A stretch of DNA of 64,000 nucleotides, taken from the NCBI GenBank assembly GCA_964106645.2, contig OZ067039.1, one strand, 5' to 3'. Below, one piece after another: positions 23,400-36,139 of the stretch. Source of the DNA: Podarcis pityusensis. Lineage: Eukaryota. Positions within the stretch are counted from its first letter, which is position 1. The number at the start of each line of letters is the position of its first letter. The position numbers and the translations under genes were made by a program. Below the pieces are notes generated by a model that did not search any database, was not told the DNA's origin, and saw nothing but the letters and a program-made list of their open reading frames with translations.

Positions 23400-24465
23400 T
23401 TACTTACTTCACCAAACCTTTATTAGGCACTACAAGTACTGGCCATCATAAAACATCCATATATACAAATAAAAGCCATGTAAAATATATAATTACAAGA
23501 ATTATCATTGGGATTTCTTCCTGCTAAATAGTGCCAGTCACCGCTCTAAGAGATACTATTGAGAAAATCTTAGCCACCTTTGCAGTTACTTCTGAGTAAG
23601 TGTCAGACAGATAGAATCTGATATTTTCATTGTGCCATGATGTTAGACTTCCCAAAAAAGGAGATAGCACGTGTTTACATAGCTGGTTGTACAATGGACA
23701 GTAGAAAAGGATATGTTCCACAGTGTCTGGCACGTTCAAATAACACCTGCAATGTCTATCATTTCTGGGGATGTTTAAATATCTGCCTTTGACAAGAGCT
23801 GAGGGGGAAATGTTCAGCTGGGCTCACATAAAGGCCCTGCGTTGGGCTGGAATTATTAATTTTGAGATTTAAGTGACCCTGTTATCTGGTGTATTTAAAC
23901 CATAGAACTTGGGGGAGCAAATTTTATTTACAACTGATTCGATGAATGTCCCTTAATCTAGTTTGAATATTGCAATAAATATATTGCTCACTTGAATTAT
24001 ACCAGGATTCCAAGTCAATACCAATAGATCTAATTTTGCTATGTAAGAGCTGGAACGATCTGGATGTATAAGAGTTCTTAAGCAAGTCAGAGAGCAGACT
24101 CAAAGGTTGGCAGCAAAAATGGCAACGCAGCCAGTATTTTATAGTGCTAGCCTTCATCCAGTATTCCATCACGTGTACACCTAGTTCTGCATACATCGTC
24201 TCATACTCGATTGAACTTAGGAGCCCCAGGATACATCTCAAGAAACTTGAGTGTATCTTATCTAAATCACTATTATATGCTTCTATCCATATTGGGATCC
24301 CAAAAAGTAGCTGGGATGACACTTTAGCTTGAAAAATCTGAATAGCAGCTGGTATAATTTGGTCACCTTTCTGAAAATAAAAGCAAGCTATTGCTGAGGA
24401 GTTACACTTTGCCTGTTTTATAGCACTTGTGCGATGGGTTGACCAACCTGAGTTGCTCTGCAATA
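23400..24465 (-). mobile_element. Decayed non-LTR retrotransposon 3' fragment (C-terminal RT region, Cys/His motif, 3'UTR) in MYOCD intron 8
   Basis: Broken ORFs ...IFQAKVSSQLLFGIPIW...FLRCILGL...MYAELG...KYWLR and C.C....DTVEHILFYCPLY; ends in AATAAA plus a short (GTAA)n tail; clade not determined. Confidence 0.75.
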
Positions 24466-24678
24466 AAATTTACTGCATCACCACTGTCGTCCTGAAGGGT
24501 ACAATCCTGCTGAAGTTTGGAAGAGTTGACCACACTTAAAAGGGAGAGGCCTATTTAAATTAACAGAGCTTAAAAGTGACTAATGGGCTGGAATGTGCCC
24601 CAAATTGACTGCGGCAAGAAATCAAACCTGGGTAAGGTGGAAAGGTCACTCTAGGAAACCTTTCCGTTACCAACTCAC

Positions 24679-24935
24679 TTTAGCTGCATGGAATGGGGCC
24701 CCGGATAGTTGAAGTGCTGCTGGTGCCGGTGCTGCTGCTGCTGGCTGAGGATCTGGAGCTGCAGGAAGAGCTGCTGCTGCTGCAGGAGCCTTGCATAGGC
24801 CGAGTCCATGGGCGGAGGGGACTTTTCCGCCTTCTGGTCTGGGGGAATGTACTGGTGGTACTTAAGCTTCTTCACTTTTGGCTTCATCTCCTTGGGCTTT
24901 TTGTGGCGATTCTTGCTATCGCTCGATGGTTTTGA
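24679..24935 (-). CDS. MYOCD: MYOCD exon 8 (basic SRF-binding B1 box and Q-rich domain)
   Basis: catttag|TCAAAA...CTAAA|gtgagt; 257 nt; SKPSSDSKNRHKKPKEMKPKVKKLKYHQYIPPDQKAEKSPPPMDSAYARLLQQQQLFLQLQILSQQQQHRHQQHFNYPGPHSMQLK. Confidence 0.97.
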
Positions 24936-25610
24936 CTAAATGGGGCACAAATAAAAATTTCAATAAGATTATCTGCAACATGGAGTAACTGAAGTTAGTT
25001 AGAAAGTTTAGCAAGCTCCCGTGCCCAGGGCCTGTCAGCCTGCAAGTCAGTGGAGATAGTATCAAGACTGTGGGAGGTCATAATAGATGTCCCTTCTCAC
25101 TAGGGTTGTCGAAGGAATCCACTGAAAACAGAATATCAAGCAAATTTCCTTTAATCTGCCCATTTTATCCCCACTGGCAGAGACACTCGCTGTGGAAACT
25201 ATTTACCTTAATTATCTACAACGAACTTAAAAAAAACCACACCACATGAACATGTTATGTGTAAATAGATATGTAAATTGCTTTGCTATATATATTATTT
25301 ACATCATCATGTATACAGGTGCCTCTTTACTGTCCATGTTTCTAAAGTGTTGTTCTCACCCTAAGGCCACCTATATGCACTAATATGTTGCAATCCCAAC
25401 AATGTCTACTCAGAAGTAAATCTCACTGACTTCCAAGTACGGTTACAATTTCAGACTTAATCTGTATCCTCTTGTGTATTTTAAAGCCAGTGGAATGCAT
25501 TGCTCCTTATTCTTTTCACATGGAAAACCACACTTCCTGGGGTTACCTTGACTTACAACTAAACTGTTCCTCCCTGATGCCAGAGTGAAAAAAGCAAGAT
25601 AGGATGATCA

Positions 25611-25727
25611 TGTAGCGTAGCTGGTTAGAGCATGGTGCTGATAATGCCAAGGTCACTGCATATTCCTGCATTGTAGGGGGTTGGACTAGATGATCCTCAG
25701 GGTCCCTTCCAACTCTGATTCTATGAC
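25611..25727 (+). mobile_element. tRNA-Ile-headed, CR1-tailed SINE with an internal deletion
   Basis: TAGC..AGCTGGTTAGAGCATGGTGCTGATAATGCCAAGGTC (like the 5' half of tRNA-Ile) joined to GGGGGTTGGACTAGATGATCCTCAGGGTCCCTTCCAACTCTGATTCTATGA. Confidence 0.7.
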
Positions 25728-27382
25728 AAGTTTATATTGAACTGTGAAATCAAGGTAGCAAGAAGTAGAAGACTCTAGTTTTTTTGCTGCAAAATACTAA
25801 CATGGTCCCCCCCGCCCCCCACCCCAGAAAACACAAGGAATGTAACTCATTTGTAAGTTATCTGTTGATGGCTGAGATATATGTGTCTAATGTGTGCTAC
25901 ATAAAAAAAAACGTTAGAAATTACAAGTATTTCCACATCAGCAGGCAATGAAACAGCACACAAACTTTTGCAAAATAAACCAATTGCATAGGAATGGAAA
26001 ACATCAGAAGAAAGTGCAAATGAATATTACAATTGAGACGTGTTTGTACATCCCTTCTTCCCATCTGACCTTCTGTAGTTGAGTACAAGGAACAAAATAT
26101 ACAGGCACCACATCATTTGTAAAGGGCATGTTTATATATTTATTAGCCACACATTCCTTTTAAAACAGTCTGAAGCAGCAATCTGGTCCTTACCCAGATG
26201 ACACTTCCAAGAATTTTAAAATGATATGTATCTAATAATATACTAATGCATGTTTTACAATCGTCACAGTACTGGTGTATTTTGTACTTGGATACTCTGA
26301 CCCAAATATAAAATCTCAACATGTAACGCAGCCTTAAGATAGGCCTGCTGCCCCCACATCATGGGGCAGTCCTCGGGTCACCTCCCCGGTGACCATTTTT
26401 AAACATTAGGTGTGTTTGGAATTACAACTCCCGTTATCCATAGCTAGCATGACCAGTGCTCAAGGGTGATTGGAGCTGTAGTCTGTAACATGGGCAGGAC
26501 ACCATGTTGCCCATCGTTGCTTTACGGCTTTTAAATATTTCTTTCATTTTTAACTTGGGCAGCATCCAGCTATTCCCCTTTCCCCCAGAATGCCTCTGGG
26601 TCCACCTCCATAGGAAAGGAGTAAAGAAGGAAAGCTATAGGGCAGTGCTTTGCCTTCCAACTTCTCTCTAAATATCATAAGAAAAGGGACGGAGGGCCCT
26701 CTTGTTGCCCTAGAGGGACAAGGGAGTATTTTGTCTGTTTTGAAGGGCAGAGTTTCCCTAGATGTTTTGGGAAGAGATACGTGCATAAGTGGTTGGTCTG
26801 TTACTTAGTGGTTTACATGGAATATTAAATATACATTAAAATTATCCATAAAAGTTAAGCAACTTTTTTTAAAAAAAAAATCAAAATATAAATGGAAATT
26901 AGTAGTTTAAAATATACCAGTGTTTGGTTTGGAGTATGCATGGATATTATTTCTGTTGTCTGGGGCAATATTTCTGAGTATTGCCATTTTCCCTCTCTGA
27001 AATGGGTATTTTGTAGTGCCCATGTCAGCTTCATAGAATTCCACAATTCCTGAGACAGATGAATGAGCCATCTAACACAAGGTCCTGTTGGCGCTATTGT
27101 TGGAAACAGCTTGGCTTCAACAGATCATCAAGTCTCAGCTTGCTCCTTTTGCAGGTACTTTCACCCCAGAATTCTAATGGACCCAGTTTTGTGACACAAG
27201 GAGGTACTGTCTGGGTAGTTCCTAGCGACTCCCATCTCCAAGCAAAGCCAACACTGTAACTCACCTCCCCAAACACCTAAAACCAGCCCCCCCCCACTCT
27301 TACTGCAGATGAGTGCTGTTGTCTAGCCAATAAGCCATGTTAACAATTTTTCTTCCTACGTAGTGGGAGGTTAGGCTCATAC

Positions 27383-27508
27383 CTTTGCAGATGTGGTAAC
27401 AGTGCCAGGAGGTGTTTGTTGCCCATTCTGTTGTTTAGGACTTTCTGGCTGGCCATTCCTCAGAGATGTCATATCAGCCGTATCATTTTCAGAGCCAACG
27501 GAATGATC
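27383..27508 (-). CDS. MYOCD: MYOCD exon 7
   Basis: attccag|GATCAT...GCAAAG|gtatga; 126 nt; DHSVGSENDTADMTSLRNGQPESPKQQNGQQTPPGTVTTSAK. Confidence 0.9.
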
Positions 27509-28887
27509 CTGGAATCAAAATAAATACATGGAAATTAATAAACATCAATATGCACATTTTCAAGAAGCCTATCCACATGCAGGCAGCTTACAGGCTATTG
27601 CAGAAATGGTCCATGCTAGTCTTGCTCAGGACCAGTTATCTTGACCTTGTTTGGAGCCTTAACTAGGACTGGACTACATGTTATCACTTTTTTCAACTGA
27701 CATCTCTCCATGATCTGTATTTAGAGCAGCATAACATGGTAGTTTCCTTGCCAGCATCAGATGCTCCTGGAAACTATGTGCACCAGCCTTCAACAACCTA
27801 GTGACCACCTGATGTTACTGGACTACAACTCACAACATCCAATGGGGATTGTAGTTCAAAGCAAGCTTTAGTGTATTAGGCTGGGCAAGGCTGCTCTATG
27901 CAATCAAGAGGATCTACGGTAGATGTTAAAGCAATAGCATGGATTGCCGACAGAAGACAGTCTTCCATAGGGATAAGGTTCCATATAAAATGGGCTTGAC
28001 ACTGAAGTAGGTAAAAGAAATGGATGACAAGCTGTGAGAGCAGTGAACTACACTCCTAAAATCACTTGATCTTAAAACGGCTAGCTAGCTAAATCCAATC
28101 CACCAACTGATAAATGCAAAGTTCCTCTGTAACGGACATTCTATAAATAAATGGTTTTTTTTTTTTTTTTAAATAAAATTTACCTTGGAGGCCCCCAATT
28201 TCTCAGTCTCCATCATAATCAATCAGCATATTTTGCTGGTGACTCGGGACTCCCTGCCATGGCATTTCTACACAGCTGAGACCAATCGCATTTATCAGGC
28301 TAGTGTTATTAGGGAAACCAAATGGACGAATCGTTGGGCTCTGTGCCATAAGTGCTTGGAAAATGGAGGTGCCCCATGCCAAGTACACTGTGTAACAAAA
28401 CTGCCGGAATGGAGGAGGGCACTCCAAGCCAAGAATATGTCGTGTTCAGGTTAACAGTGGCTCAGGATCCTTTGCAGGACACCCCCATGTTTTATGTAAC
28501 CACCAGAGGCTGACCTTACAGCTGGCTTCCTCCATAGGCTACAGTGCCCTCAGAGAGATCTTGGCATGCATTGCATCTTTTTACCCACAACGAGTTCTTA
28601 TTCCAGCCCCGAGGAGAGGAATATGCTTCCTCTGGCATCAGACATTTTTTCCTAATAGAAGCTCTTGTACTCATTGTCCAGTACTGGATGCTGACGGGGG
28701 GTGAAGACAAACGTAAAAAGTTTATAGCAGAGGGACTGATTTGGAAGCACACTCACTGTGCTGAATCCAAGCGCATGTTTTCTGACCTGGATTGAGCTTG
28801 TGGGAGGTGGGTGTGGCTTGGTTCTGCAAATTTAATCCAAAGTATCAGGACGTCTCATCTGTCCAAAAGTAAGAAATACCGTTTTAC

Positions 28888-29063
28888 CTGAGTTGTCCCT
28901 GACATTGTGGGTAACGTTGCTTCTGAAATTTTGATTCCGGCTGCTGATTCTGTGGATCCCTGGGAATCCTCGCTTCTGATCTGCTCTGGGGACAGCCCAT
29001 CATTGCTACTATCTTCTTCAAAAGCAAAAGCATCTGAGGATTTAGAGAAGTTTGCTTGGTTAC
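28888..29063 (-). CDS. MYOCD: MYOCD exon 6
   Basis: gccacag|GTAACC...ACTCAG|gtaaaa; 176 nt; (G)NQANFSKSSDAFAFEEDSSNDGLSPEQIRSEDSQGSTESAAGIKISEATLPTMSGTTQ. Confidence 0.94.
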
Positions 29064-30325
29064 CTGTGGCAGGAAGGAAGAAAAAGACTCAGTGATAGAT
29101 GATTCTGAATGGCAGTAAGTTTTTAACAAGTGTACATGTAGCAAAGCAAACAAGTGATCTTAACACACTACAGTATTCACAGATGTACACTTTCTTGTTC
29201 CTGTCAGGTAGGTAAAGCTGTGATTTATTTGTGCTTAAAGGCAAGTACCAAAGCAGCAAATTCAGTATGGTTGACAAACATTCAACTGAGAACTATTATA
29301 GAAAACCACTAATGAAGCAGTGGTTCGATAACATGTAAATGGTGTGCTAATAAAATCTGAATTCAGCAATTGGTTCCACTGGCTCTGTTGAAGGTCCAGC
29401 TCCACCAGGCCTTTCTCCATCATCCTGGGAGCAGTCATCCCACCTGAGTGCATCAGACGGAGAGATGGGAAGCATGACTATTGAGAGGGACTAGCTCCTT
29501 GACTCCTCTCCCTGAACTGTTTCCACACCAGCTGGCCCTTATGAACATTTTGTAAATTTAAGAACTGCTGCTTCAGCTTGCTTTCCCCCTCCTCACTCCA
29601 TCCTTTCCTCCTTTTGAGTTCTGCATTTTAGATCAGAAGCCTGAGGGTTCCCATGTTTCTTAATTGCTCTATAAGCTGCTCTGGAATCATTTTCAGCTGC
29701 AGAATGGGATTACAAATGCTTTAAATAAATAAATAATTCTCAAACATTGGTTACTGAAACTATCTGATTTCCCATGAGGTTCTGATTCTCCGTGGAACAC
29801 ACATTTTCAGGATTGTTACTATTTTACTGGGTTTTGTTTTTTAAAAAATGAGGATCTTCTTTCTTTTCAACTGTTTTTGAAGATGTTCATGATTTTGTTT
29901 GAGGCACTATATTATATGTGCCACAGCTTGCACCCATCAGTCTTCAGACCCTCCCCCCTGCAAGATAGCAGATCTTTAATAAATCCAGAACCTTCAAGGA
30001 TAGCATCATTAGAAGGCTCTTGTTTTTATCCCAAAATTTCACAACTCTGCAGAATGCAATCGTTATCCCATTTCAAATTGCATCGTCTCTGTATTAGTTC
30101 AGATTATTCGTTTAAAAATGCAAATTTGTTTTTAAATGCACATTTCAAAGTGGATGTGGCCAAAGTGTAAAAGTGGACAGGGTCATTCTATTTTTAAAAA
30201 ATATAGGGCACATTTTAAGAGTCTTGGAGGTTGGGGTTACAAAAAAACCCTTTTGACATTCTGGAGTCACAGCTGGGAATTTGTGGGAGTGGGGAAATAG
30301 AAGCAATCAATTTTTTAAAAAGACA

Positions 30326-30327
<2 letters not shown>

Positions 30328-30370
<43 letters not shown>
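30328..30370. repeat. (TG)n microsatellite
   Basis: About 21 perfect units. Confidence 0.95.
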
Positions 30371-30371
<1 letters not shown>

Positions 30372-31082
30372 TTGGAAGCCCACAAAAAAAATATTGGGGG
30401 GTCAAATGCTGCTTGTGCACCATGGTGAGAATACTCCAAGAAACTCATCAAGAATGTGCCCCCAAACAATTCACCAAATTAATAGCTTGCATGGTTTTTT
30501 CATCCTACAACCTCCTTTGAGAAATGCTGCAAAGATGCGACCCATTTTGCTTCTCCGCGCATCAATGTGGCTTATGCCAGATGATGCTTGTCTGCCACTC
30601 AGCATACTCAGTGGGTTCTGGAAAGTGTTCCTGTGCAATATCCCGCAAACTAGCAGGCAAAAGCGCTTGACCCTTGGCTTTTGCTGATAAGTAAAGTGCT
30701 GGGAAAGACAGGCTCTATCACAAAAGCCCCTGCAAGGCTGGAAGACAGAGAGTAGGCAGTGGAAGGAAGGAAGATTCCTGCTACACGCTGTAATCTTTCC
30801 AGGGACATGTCTGGCTTTGATCAAGTTTCTTCCTACTCTGCTAGTGAAGAGGGATTTGAAGAGGGCAGGAATGAAGGAACCATTCTAGGGTGCTAGAATC
30901 CTGCTAGCTCTTCAACATGGATCTGTACTCTCTTATGGGAATTATTCCAAAGGCATTCCCATGGAGAAAACATCAAGAACCCTACATCACATTGCAAGGG
31001 ACCCTCTCCACAGCGAGTCTTTCGTATAGCCTACTGTGCATGGATGTTGCTATAGCACCAGAGGTGCCTTTCCTGATATTAC

Positions 31083-31244
31083 CTTTGATGGCTTCTTTCA
31101 CAGCTGAGTCAACAGGAATGATATTCTTCTCCACCAGCTCCAGAGGACCTGGCCTAAGAGCAATTTTCTCATTTAGATTGTCTGCAAGACGGGCTCTTTT
31201 CAGTTTCATCTGAGTAGCCTGGACAGACCCTTCTGTGGCTGAAT
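31083..31244 (-). CDS. MYOCD: MYOCD exon 5 (spacer 2 and RPEL3)
   Basis: tttacag|ATTCAG...ATCAAAG|gtaata; 162 nt; (D)SATEGSVQATQMKLKRARLADNLNEKIALRPGPLELVEKNIIPVDSAVKEAIK. Confidence 0.97.
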
Positions 31245-31426
31245 CTGTAAAGCCAAATGGTAAAAATATAAATTATTCCACAAAATAACCAGCCTGTGCC
31301 ACAGCTCCTTTCCTTTTATCACTTCTAAGAAACACAGGATAAATTCTATGTCAGTTCTTTCCCAGTAATTAGAACCTGAGTGTAGCTGTAACACAAAGCA
31401 TTTCTCTTGAACCATAAAACAACTGT

Positions 31427-31767
31427 GGCTTGCCAATCAGAAGGTCGGCAGTTTGAATCCCCGCAATGGGGCGAGCTCCTGTTGCTCTGTCCCAGCTCCT
31501 GCCAACCTAGCAGTTCGAAAGCACGCCAGTGCAAGTAGATAAATAGGTACCGCTCCAGTGGGAAGGTCAACAGCGTTTCTGTGCGCTGCTCTGGTTTCGG
31601 TGTTTGGTTGCGCCAGAAGCGGCTTAGTCATGCTAGCCACATGACTCAGAAAAAACTGTCTGCAGACGAACGCCGGCTCCCTTGGCCTGTAAAGCGAGAT
31701 GAGCGCCGCAACCCCACAGTTGCCTGCAACTGGACTTAACTGTCAGGGGTCCTTTACCTTTACCTTT
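31427..31767 (+). mobile_element. Sauria-type SINE, 5'-truncated, different subfamily
   Basis: Same body as 18353 (CCTGCCAACCTAGCAGTTCGAAAGCAC...GTGCAAGTAGATAAATAGGTAC) with extra internal segments; (ACCTTT)n tail. Confidence 0.88.
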
Positions 31768-32564
31768 AACCACAACTAGCCACAGAGTGCAATGATGACA
31801 GGTGTGCTTGTAGATAAGCTTTTCTCACTGCTGATATGATATGCAGTTAATTTTAACAATGCTCAAGATACACAGAAAGTATTACCTGTACATAGTTCCC
31901 TGTAGCCAAACAAAATAATTCCAATGTTCTCACCCAGTGCACCACACCCTTTATGTGCGTCTGCATACCAGCATGGCTGAGCCACAGTTTGCTGGGGAGT
32001 GGGTAGCACACAAGCAAACAATCCTTCAAATGCAATGCTGGGCATGGAATCCTATGCAGGAAAGTCATTTCTGCAAGCCCAGTAAAAACTTGGTTTCAAG
32101 AGCTAAATGAGAATTGCAAGAAGCAGTATCTAAAAGGGAATAACTTGCTTCATGAGATGTGCATTTCCCCCCAGTTGTATAGTGTGTGCCATACATGCTG
32201 GAGCAGCAATTGCCCCAGCCAGGCTCAAATAAAACCCACCCCAGATTTGTTTATAGAATAACATCATGCAAACATCATAATAAATCAGTTCGATGTTTAT
32301 TCTTGTCCCCACCCTGAAGGAACCCAAGGTGGCAAACTAACAAAGATTACAAACATTTTAGAAAAGTTTTAAAACCTAAAATAATTCATAAGCATTCCAT
32401 AAGCAGGAGATTGCTACCAAGAAGGCCTAGATTAGGGCAATAAAAGGTGCTTTTATACCTTTCCTGAAGAGGGATCAAAAGACACTGAGGCTTACTCAGG
32501 ACATGGCAGAAGTGTCTTCTGCTGTTGGCTTGCCACAACTACAAGAAGTCCAAAACATCTAAGG

Positions 32565-32680
32565 CAGTCTCCCACAACCTGGTGCCCTCTAGAGGATTTG
32601 GACTACAATTCCCATCAGCCCCAGACCACATCGTCGATGGTCAGGGATGATGGGAGTTGTCCAAAACCCTTGTGGAAGTC
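32565..32680. repeat. Old ~110-bp dispersed repeat (GGACTACAA.TCCCATCA core), several decayed copies
   Basis: Related cores near 18116-18225, 26390-26520, 27783-27895, 60892-61020 and 62765-62885. Confidence 0.5.
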
Positions 32681-33150
32681 TAGACTATTAACATAGAACA
32701 GCTCATTTGCAATTCGGTGGTGTATTTCTATACTTCCAAACATGTAAAAAGAAACCTCAAGGTTGTGATCCTCATAAAATCATCAATAAAATACACTGCT
32801 AACAACAAAATTACACCAACAAATTAGTAAATCAGAAATATACACTACTAAACTGGATCACCCTTGAGTAAACAAATGTGTTTTAAGTAGGTACCGGAAA
32901 TAGCAACACTATAGGTGCCTGCCTTACCAGGAGCTCATTCCAAAGGGCATGTGATGTAATACTGAAAGCCCTGGGTTTTTGCAGACATAAGATGAACGTC
33001 AGGAGTAAGCAGCACCTTTAAGAGTGTCTCCCCCAGGGATTGAAGTGACTGGGTAGGGATATACAAGATTAGGTGGTCCCAAAGATAATCTGGTTATTAA
33101 GGACTTTGTATGCGAATAGCAAGATCTTAAACTTATTCATTCAATCTTAC

Positions 33151-33226
33151 CCTGTAAAATGTGCATATCAACCAGTTCTGAGCGCTCAGGTCTGTTTCGG
33201 GTCTTGTGCTTTAAATAATCTTCAGT
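33151..33226 (-). CDS. MYOCD: MYOCD exon 4 (RPEL2; contains the internal Met at 33164-33166)
   Basis: tctgtag|ACTGAA...TTACAGG|gtaaga; 76 nt; TEDYLKHKTRNRPERSELVDMHILQ. Confidence 0.95.
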
Positions 33227-33369
33227 CTACAGAACATAAGAACAGAGATCATTACCTCACTAGCTTGATTTAAAGTGCATTAGGCAATGCTTCTTTAAAA
33301 GGATTCAGTCAGACTTGGTCTAACTGACGTTCATTTTAGTTAACATTTGTTCTTCTCTGGTAGGACCCA

Positions 33370-34045
33370 CACCAAAAGATTCAAGTTACAGGAAAAGAGA
33401 TTTCAGCTCAACATCGGGAATAATTTTCTGATGGCAAGAGCTGTTTGACAGTGGAACCGACTAAGCAGAAGCCATCTGCATGCTTTAGTTGAGATTGCAG
33501 GGGTTGGACTAGATCAGGGGTCTGCAACCTTTAAGACAAAAAGAGCCACTTAGATCTGTTTCTGAAGAAAAAAAACCTGGGAGCCGCAAAACTCGTCATT
33601 ATAAAAATAACTTTTTTGTCACTTTTTATTATTTCTTTGTTTGACCCCTCAGAATTACTCCTCCTCATAGAAATAAACATTAAATTAACAAGTTACCTTT
33701 TTTTGTGTGTGTGTTCTTCACTTCCCTTCAAAACAGTGACCAGCGTACATGCCCCCTTTCAATGCAGTGACCAGCGTACATGCCCCTTACAGTGTAGCAG
33801 GCGGGCGGGAAGGTGACGTCGGGGCGGTGCGTGACTAACGCACGCTCCGCCCCCATGCGACGTCACAGCCAGTAGAGTGCCCGCCACAGTGGGGAGTGTC
33901 GGGGCGCACAATGTGCCTCCTCCCCTCGCTAGTATCCGCCCCGGAGCCGCGGCAAAGGTGTAAAAGAGCCACATGCGGCTCTGGAGCCGTGGGTTGCAGA
34001 CCCCTGGACTAGATGACCCTCAGAGTCCCTTCCAATTCTATAATT
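33370..34045 (+). mobile_element. CR1 LINE 3' fragment, split by the hAT MITE
   Basis: AAGTTACAGGAAAAGAGATTTCAGCTCAACATCGGGAATAATTTTCTG...GTTTGACAGTGGAAC and the CR1-type tail GCAGGGGTTGGACTAGATGACCCTCAGAGTCCCTTCCAATTCTA. Confidence 0.75.
33515..34006. mobile_element. hAT-type MITE nested in a CR1 3' end
   Basis: Perfect 15-bp TIR CAGGGGTCTGCAACC/GGTTGCAGACCCCTG; perfect 8-bp TSD GACTAGAT (33507 and 34007). Confidence 0.9.
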
Positions 34046-35805
34046 ATCCCACAACTTTTTGTCTGGATACTGAATGTCTGTAGGCTAGGACTTGGATCTT
34101 TTAAGAGCTCCATTTGTGCAAACCCGAACTTTTGGCAGGTTTCCCAGAATGCAAGTAACTTATAATTGGCACGAAGGAATCATAATACTACACCAACTTT
34201 TAATATGCACTATATTCAGCACAATTTCAGTTTAGCTTACGGCACAGATCTTAAACATGTGTAAAATTCAGCCCTAAGTACCCAGCTGTATCAAAGTAAA
34301 TTTATTTACTTCACTAGAACTCATCTAACAGCAGCTTTGTTGTGTTTTAGCTAATAGGTATTTAAAATCCACCGCAATTAAATTGGTGTAGTTTCATGTT
34401 ATGTGTGAACAAAGATTTTCAAGTAGGCTTCCCATCAGTCCCTCTCAACCAAACTAGCTGTGAAGTGTTCTGATATTGCTTCCCCCTGCCAGCCCCCAGG
34501 CCCCTCCCCAGCTGAATAAAGGCTTAGAATATATTTTTGGTTCTACTTCTCCCTAAACGAATGTAGTTTAGGGCTTTTGACTCATATAATCCTTTTTTCT
34601 TCCAGGCAATCGGCCAGTAGAAGCCTTTGAAGGGAGACTGTGAGATATTAACCTATGCCTGAACATTGAAATATAGGGTACTTCTAAGATACTTCAGACT
34701 TCTTGAAGTGTTCTAAGCACATTTATTTTTCACAGGGGGCTATACATCCTTCCTGACGTTGGTCTTGAATTTTTGCAGGACACTCATATACAATAATGTA
34801 ACATAGGCATCTTCTACATGTGTGCAGGTTTTTGATAAATGCCTATACATAAATTTCATCAAGAGTTTTGAAAGTAAGTTAATATATATGTACACAGAAT
34901 TGTAGAGACTATAAAAGGATTCACTTGTTTGGCTTCCTGACCTAAATTTCCTCTACATATTAACTCCTATACCATAAACAGAGGAAATAAAGGATAAGGT
35001 GCACCACAAGTTCCCATTAAATGGGACAAGTTAACAGACGGCAACTACTACTACTAATACAAATTCTGAGCAAATCAAGTCATAGTTTCTAGGACATTAC
35101 AAAGTTACCATATACTATTGTCCATCTAGCCCAGCATTGTCTATTGTAACTAGCAGCATATCTCCATATCTCTTTACCAATCTTGCTGCTGGTGTCATTG
35201 GACCCGGGTCGTCATCCGTGCAAAATACCAGCTTTATGAATGAGCTATAGGCCTCTCTATATATGGATTGTATTCTTTATATAAGAGAACTGCTATCAGT
35301 CTTGGAAAAGGCTTCTCTAAGCAGACAGTTCCCCAATTTCCCCCTTTGCCAAACTGCAAAATTCAGAGAAACACAAATTTTGAAGGATGGCCTTGTTTAA
35401 GTTTGCGTATTATTTCTGAAATTGCAAATTAGGTAGGTTCGCTTTAAATGTAAACGGAATCAAATTTTTGCTCCACACCCCCCACACCCCGCTACACCTC
35501 TAGTAAGAGCCTTGGCTGGAGACTTGCAGCAGGGAAAGCTTGAGAATATCTTGCACTTTCTCTAAATAAGACCAGATCACCAGCTCTTCCACTAGTGGAG
35601 TAGGTGGGGGAGGGAACTGCCTCTTAATCTTATCTTTCTCATTAGCTTTAATTAACAGCGCCTAAACTCTCCTTGATAACTGGTGCCAGCAAGAGACAAG
35701 AGTACAGGTTAAGAACAGCCCAAAAGCACTCTGCAGTGTCACAAGAAGAGAAGGGCAATATGGTGTACTGCAGACATCAGGCACAAGGTTTCCTACTGGG
35801 GAGAT

Positions 35806-35808
<3 letters not shown>

Positions 35809-35872
<64 letters not shown>
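35809..35872. repeat. Compound (TA)n(CA)n microsatellite
   Basis: Seen directly. Confidence 0.95.
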
Positions 35873-35873
<1 letters not shown>

Positions 35874-36083
35874 CACAAAGCCACTTTCTCATGGGACATG
35901 TGCCAATTAAGTTTAGAGCCCTGTAAAGGTGTGCTAAAGGTATAGTAGTATCTGCAGAAAGGAATCCAGTGATTTTCCAACATTCCATTCACATTCCTGC
36001 ACGTGGCCACAACCTTCTCAGCAGCTAGTTAACCTGCATGATGCCATCTCCAGCCACCCCCTCTGATGCCTACCCAGGGTTAC

Positions 36084-36139
36084 CTTGGCTCTCTCCAAGC
36101 TCTTCTTTTGCTCATGGAAGGGAGAGGGGTTTTTCAGCG
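36084..36139 (-). CDS. MYOCD: MYOCD exon 3 (RPEL spacer 1)
   Basis: attgcag|CGCTGA...GCCAAG|gtaacc; 56 nt; (P)LKNPSPFHEQKKSLERAK. Confidence 0.94.

Noticed and set aside
25611-25660. tRNA-Ile-like sequence
   Set aside because: It lacks the T-arm/B box and 3' acceptor stem and is fused to a CR1 tail, so it is a SINE and not a tRNA gene.
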